Part shown: in pieces, positions 38,616 through 50,820 of the stretch
How the letters are laid out: each line of letters opens with the position of its first letter
How positions within the stretch are numbered: the stretch's first letter is position 1
From: Octopus vulgaris
Taxonomy: Eukaryota
Direction of reading: 5' to 3'
DNA length: 64,000 bases
Assembly (NCBI GenBank): GCA_951406725.2
Contig: OX597830.1
Span: forward strand, 35,030,001 to 35,094,000
Program-made: the position numbers and the translations under genes
The notes under the pieces: generated by a model
Seen by the model: the letters and a program-made list of their open reading frames with translations, nothing else
Told to the model about the DNA's origin: nothing
Databases searched by the model: none

Positions 38616-38909
38616 AAATGATGATAATAATAATAATAATGATGATATCAGCCAGCCAACCACCAAGCCAGCCAACGAGACAGACAGACACTACTGTGAT
38701 GGTGATAATGATAAAAAAACAAAAATAACAATAATAAGATACTGCTGTGACTACACATAAAACAATATCATTGATGATGATGGTGGTGATGATGATGATG
38801 ATGGTAATGGTGGTGATAATGATGATAGTGATGGTAATGTGGTGATAATAACAATAATAAGCCGACTACGGCTGCTATAATGGTACGATTATAATTGTAA
38901 CGGCAATGA

Positions 38910-41900
38910 TGGCCGTCTTCCCACGAGCCAATCAAAGCTAAAAAATGATAACATTATCGTAGCACCAAAATGTTTTTGGAAACTAAAAGGAAAACTAAAT
39001 CAGTATGCCAAATCGCTTGTCCTATGGTTAATCTGGAAGCGCGGCCCCCAGGGAAGAGCCAGCCAGGGATCGAAAAGTCATCAACTGGCACAAACTCTTC
39101 TCCGAATACGGACATGGATGGTCACTTGAACGGGAAATCCCCCAACTCGAGCCCTCCAAGTTCACCACCACAACCACCACAGAAAGAAAAATGTAAGCGG
39201 AACAAATGGACCCGAGAAGAGTATAAAGAAGTAATATACGCTTATTACTATGCATTAGGTAGGCCATCTCCAGAGCGACACACCGCAAACTCTTACAGTA
39301 TATGGAGAACACGGAATCAAGACAGTAGGCCCTATTTGGACGAGAACAAATTAGCAAATGTGAGGAGGGATATCTTTAGAAATAACAGACTCACAGACAG
39401 TGAAATAAGCGCGATCAAGCACGCAACGGAAAATGACATAAATATAAGACACAAAGGAAATGAAGAATCAGATGAACAGTATAGCCCGCCACGAGGCTTA
39501 ATTGAAAGACTGCCATCTGACCAAAGTACGCAAAGGCCTGAAGATACAAGAAATTCTATTGTACCTGTTAAAGATAGCCAGGAAAACGAAAAAACAACAG
39601 TAACTGAAGATCTCGCATTTGCTGAAGAACACAGAGAGTCTATGGCAGAAATGAGGCAGAAAATCCTGAATACGCTTGAAGTTGTAAGACATACAAGTAT
39701 GAATGATAGAGAACCGCTTCATAAACTCTCAAATACAAACCAAAATAAAAAACAAATCCAAATTGGCAACTATGATACAAATGAAATAATACGAGAATTA
39801 AAACCTGATTTTACTGAGTTAAATGAAATTATTTACGCTTCTGCTAGGGCAATTGAAACCAGCTGTATGCCCCCGAAAAAACAAAGAAAACAAAACCTGG
39901 GAAGAAATCAAACCTGGAGAAGTAAAATTGAAAAAGAGATTGAAGTTAGGAGAGGGGAAATATCAATATTAAATGAACTAATATGTGGAAATGATGTAAG
40001 ATTCAGAACAGGAAGAAAGATGAAGAAAAAATTTGGATCCTCACCAAGAGAAGAACTGATATCAATAAAAGAAACGCTGAAACAAAAAGTCCAAGCAAAA
40101 GCCCAAAGAATACGAAGATTTGAGAAGAGAAACAAGTTTTACAAGCAAAATAAGCTGTTCACATCCAATGCCAAAAAATTCTACAGAGAAATAGGGAAGG
40201 AGAAAGTAACCGTTAAAGACCCCCCTCCCATGGAAGAAGTTCAAAACTTTTGGAAAAGGATTTGGAGTGACAAGAAGACGTACAACATAAATGCAGACTG
40301 GATTATACAAACTGAAGGATCCTACCAAAATTTACAACAACAAGCATGGGAAGACATCACAATAGCAGACCTAAGAAAGGCACTCACGAAGGCCCATAAT
40401 TGGAAATCCCCCGGTAAAGATAGGGTGCCGAATTTCTGGCTCGCATCGCTCCCGTGCGCCCACGGTAAGCTAGTTCAGCTGCTCAATGGAATTATGAGAG
40501 ACCCAAAGAAAACACCTGAATGGTTAGCAAGTGGCATTACTTACCTACTCCCAAAGAATAACGAAACCAACCTTCCAAAAAACTATCGGCCTATAACCTG
40601 TCTATCCACCACATATAAAATCCTAACATCTATCCTGGCGGAGAAAACATATGCATTCATGGAGAAGAACGATATATTCCCCATTGAACAAAAAGGGTGC
40701 CGCCGAGGCTCTTACGGATGCAAAGATCAACTGCTAATCAATCGTATGATCCTTGAGAACTGTCACAACAAGCGCAGAAATCTCAGTACCGCATGGATTG
40801 ACCATAAAAAGGCCTTCGACAGTATACCGCATCCATGGATCTTGAGATCGCTGGACATCTTCAAAATTTCCCCTGTGATTTCAAACTTCCTGAAGCACAA
40901 TATGTCGTTGTGGAATACGAATCTCCAATTATACCACTCTAATGGAGTGCTTGCCTCAGAAAATATAAACATCAACTGTGGAATTTTTCAAGGTGACTCA
41001 CTTTCACCTTTAATATTCTGCATAGCCCTAATACCCCTTACAAGTGAATTAAACAGAACAGGGTATGGGTATAAAATTGCCAATAAAAAAATAAGCCTTC
41101 TATTTTATATGGATGACTTAAAACTCTATGGTAAAGACAATAATGAACTTGAAGGCATATTGCGCACTGTGAAAGCATTCACCGATGACATCGGGATGGA
41201 GTTTGGGCTTGAGAAGTGTGCCAAGGCCACTTTCCAGAAAGGGAAAGTGAAGACCACAAATTCAGTCGTGTTAGATGTTGACACAGTCATAAGAGAGCTT
41301 GAGCAAGAACAAACATACAAATATTTAGGGATAAATGAAGGCTCTGGTATTCAGCATGCAAGCATGAAAGAGAAAATCAGGAAGGAATGTTATAGGAGAG
41401 TTCGTGCAGTCCTGAAATCTGAACTAAATGCACGTAACAAGGTGTTAGCTATAAATTCCTTAGCAGTTCCAGTTGTTACTTATAGCTACAATGTGTTGAA
41501 CTGGAATATGAGTGAAGTAAAGAATATAGATAGAAAAATACGCAAGCTGCTGAGTTGTAATAGGATGCACCACCCAAAGGCAGACGTAGATCGCCTTTAC
41601 CTTCCCAGAGCCCAAGGAGGTCGAGGCCTGATCCAATTTGAACTAGCTTACAAAACAACCACAATTGGACTGGCCAAATATCTCGAAATATCGAATGACT
41701 GGATGCTAAAGCTCGTGGAAAATCACGAGAGACGAAAGAAGCTTCATTCTATCATCAAGGAAAGCAAAAAATTTGCTATTGATCTCGTGCAGGATACCCA
41801 AACTGAACAACCCGAGGGAAGTACGGCAACTATTGTTGCAAAGAAGGTGAAAACGATGGCAATGAAAAAAGCGCACGAGCAATTGGCTGATAGGTGGGAG

Positions 41901-42826
41901 GAGAAACCTCTGCACGGCAAATATGTGACCCGCAGCAAACAAGCTGATGTTGACCAGAAGCAAACCCATCAGTGGCTACGGAGCTCAGGGCTAAAAGCAG
42001 AGAGCGAAGGTGTCATCCTGGCTGCTCAAGACCAAAGCCTATTAACCCGGAACTACCAGGCCAATGTGATGAAAAATGGAGCAGACCCAAAATGCCGATT
42101 CTGCAATGACATGATTGAAACAGTGGGCCACCTAATCTCTGGATGTAAAGTCTTAGCACCAGTGGAGTATAAATTAAGACATGACAGAGTTGGCCAATAT
42201 CTACACTGGCTAATAAGTCGGCATTACAATATCAAAACTGCCGACAAGTGGTATAATCACCACCCTGAGGCTGTAACTGAAGGAGAAAATGTAACCATTC
42301 TGTGGGACTTTCCAGTACATACAGACCGAACCATCAAGGCCAATAAACCAGATATTGTTGTGAAAGACCAAAACAATAAAGTTTGCTTATTGGTCGACAT
42401 GAGCATCCCCTGTGATCATAATATCTCAGCGAAAGAGTTTGACAAGCTCAGAAAATATAAAGACCTACTCATTGAAATTGAGAAAATGTGGCATCTCAAG
42501 GCGGTTACAATACCAGTGATCGTAGGAGCACTAGGAATGATCAAGAAGGGAACCGAAAATTATATGAGAATGATCCCTGGCTTACCATCCCTGCAAGAAG
42601 TGCAAAAGATTGTCTTAACTGGTACATCACACGTATTGAGAAGAGCATTGTCGATGTGAGAACTGTTGCTGCTCATGTATTTTAATTTAACTTTAAAAAA
42701 AAAAAATGAACGAACTGCTGAGTTTGGTTTAATGGCCTACCAATGTATACTATGAGTTTCTTTGCCCTAGAAGTCGGGAAGACACCCGGCAAGAAATGTA
42801 AGCAAATTTGAAAGAAGAAAAAAAAA

Positions 42827-42830
<4 letters not shown>
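38910..42830 (+). mobile_element. Near-full-length R4/Dong-like LINE inserted in a (TAA)n microsatellite
   Basis: ORF above plus ~170-bp 3' UTR running directly into (TAA)n at 42828-42946; 5' flank is degenerate (GAT/AAT)n; 5' boundary approximate. Confidence 0.85.
38970..42659 (+). CDS. Single ORF of an R4/Dong-like RLE non-LTR retrotransposon (Myb-like DNA-binding region, reverse transcriptase, CCHC zinc knuckle, restriction-like endonuclease), 1229 aa, uninterrupted
   Basis: RT motifs WKSPGKD, NYRPITCL, EQKGC, AWIDHKKAFDS, GIFQGDSLSP, FYMDDLKLY, YKYLG; CRFC..ETVGHLISGC knuckle followed by RHD; ANKPDIVV..LVDMSIP..KEFDKLRKYKDL endonuclease; N-terminal KWTREEYKEVIYAYY..L.NVRRDI Myb-like segment typical of the R4 clade; no APE domain. 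Confidence 0.93.
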   Translation: MFLETKRKTKSVCQIACPMVNLEARPPGKSQPGIEKSSTGTNSSPNTDMDGHLNGKSPNSSPPSSPPQPPQKEKCKRNKWTREEYKEVIYAYYYALGRPSPERHTANSYSIWRTRNQDSRPYLDENKLANVRRDIFRNNRLTDSEISAIKHATENDINIRHKGNEESDEQYSPPRGLIERLPSDQSTQRPEDTRNSIVPVKDSQENEKTTVTEDLAFAEEHRESMAEMRQKILNTLEVVRHTSMNDREPLHKLSNTNQNKKQIQIGNYDTNEIIRELKPDFTELNEIIYASARAIETSCMPPKKQRKQNLGRNQTWRSKIEKEIEVRRGEISILNELICGNDVRFRTGRKMKKKFGSSPREELISIKETLKQKVQAKAQRIRRFEKRNKFYKQNKLFTSNAKKFYREIGKEKVTVKDPPPMEEVQNFWKRIWSDKKTYNINADWIIQTEGSYQNLQQQAWEDITIADLRKALTKAHNWKSPGKDRVPNFWLASLPCAHGKLVQLLNGIMRDPKKTPEWLASGITYLLPKNNETNLPKNYRPITCLSTTYKILTSILAEKTYAFMEKNDIFPIEQKGCRRGSYGCKDQLLINRMILENCHNKRRNLSTAWIDHKKAFDSIPHPWILRSLDIFKISPVISNFLKHNMSLWNTNLQLYHSNGVLASENININCGIFQGDSLSPLIFCIALIPLTSELNRTGYGYKIANKKISLLFYMDDLKLYGKDNNELEGILRTVKAFTDDIGMEFGLEKCAKATFQKGKVKTTNSVVLDVDTVIRELEQEQTYKYLGINEGSGIQHASMKEKIRKECYRRVRAVLKSELNARNKVLAINSLAVPVVTYSYNVLNWNMSEVKNIDRKIRKLLSCNRMHHPKADVDRLYLPRAQGGRGLIQFELAYKTTTIGLAKYLEISNDWMLKLVENHERRKKLHSIIKESKKFAIDLVQDTQTEQPEGSTATIVAKKVKTMAMKKAHEQLADRWEEKPLHGKYVTRSKQADVDQKQTHQWLRSSGLKAESEGVILAAQDQSLLTRNYQANVMKNGADPKCRFCNDMIETVGHLISGCKVLAPVEYKLRHDRVGQYLHWLISRHYNIKTADKWYNHHPEAVTEGENVTILWDFPVHTDRTIKANKPDIVVKDQNNKVCLLVDMSIPCDHNISAKEFDKLRKYKDLLIEIEKMWHLKAVTIPVIVGALGMIKKGTENYMRMIPGLPSLQEVQKIVLTGTSHVLRRALSM

Positions 42831-42870
<40 letters not shown>

Positions 42871-42871
42871 T

Positions 42872-42942
<71 letters not shown>

Positions 42943-42949
42943 TAATATT

Positions 42950-43175
42950 TAGTCAGTGAGCTTACAGAGTAGCAACCGCGCCTGGAAAAATGCTTAGCAT
43001 CATTTCTTCCAGCATTACGTTCTGAGAAGAAATGTCGCTGAGATCGAATTCGACTTTATTTCGTCCCAGGTCGATAAAATAACTACCAGTCACATGCTGT
43101 GGTCGATGTAATCGACAAACTCCACTCCTTCCAAATTACACGCCTTGTGCCTATAATAGAAACGATTGTTATTAT
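42950..43175 (+). mobile_element. SINE family A, degenerate, tail 2
   Basis: aaatgcttagc..acgttctgag..gtcgataaaataactaccag..gtcgatgtaatcgac..ccttgtgcctataatagaaacg. Confidence 0.6.
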
Positions 43176-43188
43176 TATTAAGAATGCT

Positions 43189-43227
<39 letters not shown>

Positions 43228-43324
43228 TTCATTAGCATCATCTATATTGTTCAAAATTTATCACTTGCTAATTTATTTAGCACGGATGCCATCTTAAGAT
43301 TTAGCGAAAATAAATCTCGTCAAA

Positions 43325-43960
43325 TGTCAAGAATATTTCTTAGGATTCTTGGCGAATAGAAGACAGCACTTTACTACAGGTCGACAATTTGTGTCTCAAA
43401 TGCAGTTTCCTTCAACCTTTTCTGTTGCAGTTTGTGTATTATGCCAAGTGAAGCAATTACCACAGAAAAAATGGTTAGATTTCTCTTCTACAAACACTTC
43501 ATCTGTCTAGTTTGGTCTTGATGTTTCTCAGTTTACTCTCTTTTTCTTCGATATTCACTCTCCTACCATTTGGTATTGCAAAGTCTATGATCGTGCAAAT
43601 TTCTTTTTTTTTTTTTACAATCAAAACTCCTTTCCTTGCTTTAATAGGACAGTCAATTTTTATAGACAAATGCCATAAATTCCTTTCATTATCATTCAAC
43701 ACTAGAGCTCCTGGCTTGTATTCTTAGAATTTTTCTATCATTTTGAATCTAGAAACTCGACTAAAATTCCAATACGCTCTTTTACCGACAGTCGTGCCTG
43801 CGCTAATGCCATTTTTCTATGATTAAGACTGCATTAACCAACAGATAATATCTTTGTTTCCTTCACCACATATTCTGTATCAGCTCACAGTTTTAGCAAT
43901 CACTCTTTTTCAAACACGTTCTAATGACTTGTCCTGGGCGTCTATTGTTGAGTTATTATC
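43325..43960 (-). mobile_element. R4/Dong-like LINE relic (knuckle plus RLE), degraded
   Basis: ORF 43499-43702 LW..IKARKGVLIVKKKKEICTIIDFAIPNGRRVNIEEKE; RICGE knuckle remnant at ~43860. Confidence 0.7.
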
Positions 43961-44007
43961 ATTATCATTTATTGTTTCTTTTCATTGTAAATTTATTTCA
44001 GCTGCCC

Positions 44008-44112
<105 letters not shown>

Positions 44113-44124
44113 GATGATGTTAAG

Positions 44125-45150
44125 CTAATATAATTAGTATGATTTTTTTCTGGCGGTTTGGTGACAAGTCTCAAATTTCAAAATATTTTGCAGGTCGACA
44201 ATGCGACCCTTCGTTTCAATCACTTCCAGTCTCTTAGGTAGTATTTTGGACATGGTGCCAAGTGCAGTAATTACTGTCGATTGTTCTCTTAGATTCCACA
44301 GTCTCTCCTCAGCTCTCTCATCATAATCTGATATTTCTCATTTATTTTAAAATTTCTGTTATCGACACTCATATCACAGGGAATTGCAAAATCTATTATC
44401 TTACACTGTTATTTTGTCTACTCTAATTATATAATATCATAGTTGGTCTTTTTGCTTCAATAGTTTGGTCAGTCTGTATGGGAAAGTCCCATGTGTTCAG
44501 TTCTCATTTTCTATCACAGTCTCTGGTTCGTGTTGATACTACTTCTGTGTCATTTTAAAGCCAACCACTCGGTTAACATCTCAATGCACTCTTTTGCTTA
44601 TGCACTCATACCTGCACTTATACTCTTTTTGTGCTAGTATACGGCACTCACTCAAGAGATGATCGATACTTTACTTTTCTTTCCTGCAGATTCCATCTAC
44701 TTTTAGTATCTGACTGAGTTTTCTTGATCTTTTTCCTTTATAAGATTCGTACTAATAGCTTCTTCTGGAGTGGTTATGATTAGTTTCTCGGTCTGTAGTT
44801 TCGAGTCTCCATCCATCAAGCGGAGCTTGCGTTCATTTTCAATATTCTCGGTTTCTTTCATTAATTGCACATGTAATTCCACTTCATTTCATTTGTTTAT
44901 TCTGTTGTTCTTCCTTCTCTAGCTGAATTCTACTGTTTCAATCATATTTTTGTCCGATCGCATTCGTTCTTTACTCATAAGTTTTTTTCAATCACGTGAT
45001 TTTTTTACACATAAGCTTTTTCAATCACAGTATCATAGTACTAACATTGTCTTCTGTGTTTAGTAATCCTCTGCCATCTTCCTTTCATTAGTATAGTCTA
45101 TTAGTATTAGATTTAGGGTGGCGTGCGTTGTGCATTCTGAGCAGCTTCCC
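44125..45150 (-). mobile_element. R4/Dong-like LINE relic (post-RT to 3' end) ending at (TAA)n 44008-44112
   Basis: Minus strand RKLLRMHNARHPKSNTNRLY..GRGLL; WDFPIQTDQTIEAKRP; CKIIDFAIPCD; VITALGT. Confidence 0.8.
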
Positions 45151-46080
45151 TGATCTTTCTGGCCGTGCCAAGGAGGCAAACCTTTGTAACAGTTCTACTG
45201 AGCATTGTATTCTAATTTCCTTTATATTCTTCTTGATGCTTCTCATATTGTTCCCAATGACCCCCCTCCAATAACCGGCACTATTTCACCTTCTTCATTT
45301 TCCATAGCCGGACTATTTCGTACTTAAGAGGGTTGTATCTATCTATCTTTTCGCCTTACTTCTTGACTATTCGTGGGTCAAAGGGGTATGCAACATCAAC
45401 TATATGGTTGTCCACCACCACTAAGTCCGGTCTGTTATGCTCTAGCACCTGGTCTGTTTGGATTGGAAAATTCCAGAAGATTTTTCTAGTCTCCGACCCC
45501 GCCACTCTCTTCAGTTTGTGCCCATACCACGTCTTGCCTCTCTCTAGCCCCCACCCTTCGCAGTTTCCAATGTAGCACTTACACTACCTGATCGTACCAC
45601 CACAACTTGTAGTGAATTGGAGCAAGTCTAGGGCAATCGTTCGTGATATGGGCAATGGTTTCATCCACTCTATTGCAGATGCGGTACAGCGGAGACACTT
45701 GCTTATTCCTAAGGTTGACCCTCCACTTCGTGGCCAGAGCTTAGTCCTGTGCTGCCAATAAAGTGCTCTCGGTCTCTTTGTTGGGGGTTCCTTTCATCAG
45801 CCAATCCCACCTATTTTTCTAGTAGCTTCTATTGTGGCAACATGGAATTGATTGTGAAGTACCTTCTTGCGTAATTCTTCTTCTTCAATTCTTTTTTGTG
45901 CTTCTTTCTTTTCCCTTTTTACTCTTCTCTAAATATTCTCCCGTTCCTAACTGTCACTAGCAAGGTTTCCTTACTATGGAAAAGGTATCTCATTACGCTC
46001 TCGAGTTCGATAAAAATGCAGTCTTCCACACTTACCAGTCACCTTCCTCCATTTGCTCTCTTCGGGTATGGGCGATCATT
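45150..46080 (-). mobile_element. R4/Dong-like LINE relic of the second family
   Basis: Minus strand DRPYPKRANGGR*LVSVEDC; RICNRVDETIAHITNDC; KIFWNFPIQTDQVLEHNRPDLVVVD; end region VELLQ..LLGTARKIR. Confidence 0.8.
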
Positions 46081-46125
46081 TTATTCTCTTTATGAATTAT
46101 TATTATTACTATTATTACTATTATA

Positions 46126-46180
46126 GTTCCGTTAATCAGATCAACTGGAACTCTTGTCGTTGTAACCGACGGAGTACCAC
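46126..46180 (+). mobile_element. SINE family C 3' tail fragment
   Basis: gttccgttaatcagatcaactggaactcttgtcgttgtaaccgacggagtaccac. Confidence 0.6.
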
Positions 46181-46279
46181 GCTTATTATTCAGTAGTCGT
46201 ATTTTTATCACGTGCTTTCACTTCACTACCGAGCACAACTTTGTGTGCCTTGGGTATGTGCTATGGTTTGTTGTGGTGC

Positions 46280-46395
<116 letters not shown>

Positions 46396-46397
46396 GT

Positions 46398-46509
46398 CTT
46401 ATAACTCAGGCTTTCTTTGAAATCCCGGAGTCTTGCATGGTACTAAAACTTATGGTACCATGCTATCTTCTGTTTTCAACTATCTAATACTTACCCGATG
46501 ATTCGGGCC

Positions 46510-46512
<3 letters not shown>
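46398..46512 (-). mobile_element. Short 3' end of second RLE LINE family between trinucleotide arrays
   Basis: Minus strand acggcccgaatcatcgggtaagtattagatagttga..gatagcatggtac matches 38480-38540. Confidence 0.6.
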
Positions 46513-46570
<58 letters not shown>

Positions 46571-47706
46571 CAGCAGCAGTAGCAGCAGTAGTAGTAGTAG
46601 TAGTATCATTATAAATTCATCATCTCAATTTACATGTGGGAACCTAAAGAAATATCCTTTGTAAAACTTTCCTAGGAATGTAAACTAAGTTTTCTATATT
46701 AGGAAATATGGAAATGCTTACTACTTAACAAAATCAATTAGATTTTGTTTTCTTATAGGATTTTTAAAAGTTCCATGTGGTAATTTGGCGTTCACTAAAT
46801 AATTCTTCAGCCAATATCGATTAAGTTCAAATATGTTTAAATTGTTTTTGTCTGAGTGCATATCTATCAAAGACTCAAAGAGAAGAAGAAAGTCGCAATG
46901 ACGCACGAACACGCGCTCAAGCATATGTGTACATACATATATATACACATTCCTATATAAAATATATATATATATGAAGGTGCGCGTGCACTTAGATATA
47001 CATACATATATATATATGTATATATATATGCATACATCCATACACACCCTATATATATAGTGCGTGTGTATGCATGGATGTAGGTGTATGCATATACGTT
47101 TGTATGTATGTATTCTTGCATATTCATGTTTGCATTTACTAATCATACACTCATAGACATATCTTTATATTTTGTTTTGAAAATTCTTAAATGGACTACT
47201 GAATTATTTTCTAGGTCTTGTTTCTTTCTCTTTCTGTGGTGGTGGTGGGAGTAGGTTCTTTAAATGGGGTTACTTCTAAATATCCAGTAGAGATATTTTG
47301 AAGATAAAAAATATAATAGTCTTTGAAAATATGCAAAATATAAAAAATAAATATACATTAAAAAAAAATGAACAATAATAACAACGATGATAAGGTTGAA
47401 AATATGAATATTGTTCAAATCTTTTTGAAAGCAATTATTTTTCAACAACCGTTTAAGGGAAACATGTTTCGTAACTGGAACTTAATCCTTCATTCAATAC
47501 ATACGTTCAGTAAATATACGCATGTTTATGTGTTGCATGTGTGTGTGCGCCTACTTGTGTGTGTGTCTGTGTGTGTCTGTGTGTGTGTGTGCATGCGTGT
47601 ATGTGTGTGTTTATTTACATATCCTATTCTTATTTCAAAGATGTACTTTTTGAACGGTGTATAATCAGTGTAAAATTTATTTCATTCTCTTTTGTAAAAG
47701 TATATG

Positions 47707-47743
<37 letters not shown>

Positions 47744-47770
47744 TTCTATATACAGTTCTATATACATATG

Positions 47771-47849
<79 letters not shown>

Positions 47850-48259
47850 ATATATATTTGAATTTATATGTTGCGGACGTATTCTTTTCAATTTAAGATA
47901 TCATAATTGTAAAATGTCTTTGGTTCCTTCTATGATTATAATTACATGTATACGTACATAAATAGATTTCTATTCTCCCTCCCTCTTTTTTTCCCTGCCT
48001 TTGTACCTGTCTGTGTATCCGTTTTTCTCTTTCTCCTTGTCTCTCTCACCCCGCTTCGATACGTACATAGGTATACATATGTAGATATATAGAGATGTAT
48101 TGAAATATAGGTATATAAATGAATCCATACATGCATATACACTACGATACATTGCCCACATATAGCCAAGGATGGATGTACATCATTATATACACAGGGA
48201 GATTAGTATAGATCGATGGATGTATAGAGAGATAGACAAATAAATAGAAGGATAGAAGA

Positions 48260-48558
<299 letters not shown>

Positions 48559-48619
48559 GAATTTTGTTATGTAAAAGGTTTTAAAGAGAGCCATTTTTCA
48601 CAAAAAAATAAATTTGATA

Positions 48620-48762
48620 TATTCTTTTCTACTCTAGGCACAAGGCCCGAAATTTATGGGGCGGGAGCCAGACGATTAGATCGACCTCAGCACGCAACTG
48701 GTATTTAATCTATCGACCCCGAAAGGATGAAAGTCAAAGTTTACTTTGGCGGAATTTAAATT
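48620..48762 (-). mobile_element. SINE family A (tail 2), partial
   Basis: ggcacaaggcccgaaattt..tatcgaccccgaaaggatgaaagtcaaag. Confidence 0.65.
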
Positions 48763-48916
48763 TATAAAAATATAGTTACGTTCATGTCAGCTATATCCAA
48801 ATGAGAGGAATTAAAATGGGAAAAAAATAATCAAAACGAAATAAATGCAGAATGATCAGCTCACAGTTGAAGAACTAGTGTAGTGTTTCATTTTATTACC
48901 TACCGATATATACATA

Positions 48917-49134
48917 CGAGGGAGTGCCAAAAAGTTCATGGCTTCTAGTGTATCGCGAAAAAGCTGTTTGGAGGCCCAAACTTCCAAAGTTCTTTTACAG
49001 TTCTTAGAAAAACTGAATGACCGCTGCAGCAAGTGTGTGGGTCTAAGAAACAAATCTGTTGTATAAAATCCTAATCAACTAATCCTCCTGTATTTTCTTT
49101 TACTCAAAGCCACGAACTTATCAGCGCTCCTTCG
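48917..49134 (+). mobile_element. Mariner-derived MITE (~220 bp)
   Basis: ta|cgagggagtgccaaaaagttcatggctt ... aaagccacgaacttatcagcgctccttcg imperfect TIRs; internal LEKLNDRCSKCVGLR resembles mariner C-terminus. Confidence 0.7.
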
Positions 49135-49189
49135 CATATAGTTGCAGTTGAGAAAATGTCAACTGACATGGAGATCTGGAAGCCATCTT

Positions 49190-49402
49190 AATATTGTTTT
49201 CAAATTTTGGCACAAGGCCAGTATTTTTGAGGGAGAGAGTAAGTCGATTACAGCGACACATGTGCTCATCTTGTTCTCATTTTATCAACCTCGAAATGAT
49301 GGATGGGAAAGTTAACCTCGGTGCAATTTGAATTCACCTTGTTAAAAAGAAAATGCTTAACCCTTTTGTCACGCGTGCTAACGATTCTGCCAGCTCGCCA
49401 CA
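49190..49402 (-). mobile_element. SINE family A with tail 2
   Basis: tttcaaattttggcacaaggccag..gctaacgattctgccagctcgcc. Confidence 0.7.
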
Positions 49403-49519
49403 CTAAGCCACCTTCATATTGGGAGAGTTACCTGTATCATGATCATTCGTGTTAGGTATCAAGATGCCGATATCATAAGTGCTGTCCAATCCTCTTAGAA
49501 AACTATAAAGGTTGTAAGG

Positions 49520-50432
49520 TGTAACATGGACATCATAAAATCTAAGTTTCCTCAAATTGTGATGGTCTTTGAGTATGACTCCTGTAAGGTTGTCATCATG
49601 CCACCCTACATCTTTGTAGAGGGCCTCAGGCTCAATTCAGAAATCTATGTAAAGATGTTGAAAACTGTAGTCAATCTCACACTGGTGTGGATTGCTTCTG
49701 AACGCTACATCTTGAAAAACAGCTGCACCTCGAAAACAGTCTCCCTGTTCATTGTACAGCAACAAAAGTCGAGTCAATGTTATGATTTATACAGAAAGTT
49801 TGGCGTTTAAAGATTCTCATTTGATATACGCAGCAGGCTGCACCAAACACATCTTGATTCATGTTGCTTGTACAACAACAGTTAAACAAAAGAAACAATG
49901 GGCACAGCTATCACATCAGGTACAATAGCAGTAGCTCGACAGAACTTGTCAAGCATTTTACATCAAAAGGTTACAATTTTGAGAAACATTTGAAAGTGCA
50001 CATTCTCAGAAAGGCCTTATGTGTAGCAGTAGGATTCGCTTGCCCTACCTCCAGAAAGAGGTAGAAGCGGTTGGACAAGAATTTCTACTACTTCACCAGC
50101 CCCAGTTTCTTGCTCCCTAATTCCTTGGATTCTAATCCCATGGATTACACTGTGTGGGATTCTGTTGAGAAAAAACCCACAGCTTTCTCTGCAACATCAA
50201 TGATATGTTGGCAGATCTTCTCATGGGATACAGTGACAAACGCATGAGCCTGATTTCGGAGCTATCTTGAGGCCATGATAGAAACTGAGGATGGCTACTT
50301 TGAGTAAACAGTTATCCCCCAGCTATAATCTATTTGATGCCTTTGATTTCTTTAACATAACTTTATTTTTGGATGGTATAGTGTGTTTTCTTCTTTTTAT
50401 GGGAACTGTCAAATTTATCCCGATAACCATGT
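49520..50432 (+). mobile_element. maT/DD37D-like transposase relic interrupted by an insertion
   Basis: KFPQIVMVF..IMPPYIFVEGLRLNSEIYVKMLKTVV, then after the insert NFYYFTSPSFLLPNSLDSNPMDYTVWDSVEK; possible right terminus ..gataaccatg|ta. Confidence 0.7.
49680..50010 (+). mobile_element. Penelope-like GIY-YIG endonuclease fragment nested in the maT relic
   Basis: QQLNKRNNGHSYHIRYNSSSSTELVKHFTSKGYNFEKHLKVHIL resembles the L..R..GH..I....HF region downstream of YIG in PLE endonucleases; CTSK upstream. Confidence 0.5.
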
Positions 50433-50754
50433 AAATATACGCTTCCAACACTGACGAAAGAAGTTTAGAGTTCATTTTTCCGGTATTCGAATTCTACTAT
50501 ATTTTATTGATATAAGAATGCTTAATATCGCAGCCAACTCAAAATGATAAGTAGCGTGAAAAAAAGGCTGCCTCGCAAAATTGTGTCGATATTAACGAAT
50601 CTACAATAAATTAGTTAAAATAATGGAACATTATTTTAGCGGAATCAAGTTGGTTGTATTTTAGCAGAGGTATATTTCAAAATGCAATTTTAAGTAGCTT
50701 AAAGCAATGTAAGTCAATTACTGTTAATACTTGCTGATTTCACACATACACACA

Positions 50755-50820
<66 letters not shown>

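Noticed and set aside
38880-38970. Possible HDV-like ribozyme at the 5' end of the intact LINE (tcccacg resembles an L3 loop; tgatggc..gccaatca can pair)
   Set aside because: P3 is only 2 bp, the GG for P1.1 and a P2/P4 with catalytic C were not found; the element may be slightly 5'-truncated
39028-42685. Antisense and alternative-frame ORFs overlapping the LINE ORF
   Set aside because: Short shadow ORFs expected alongside a long coding frame
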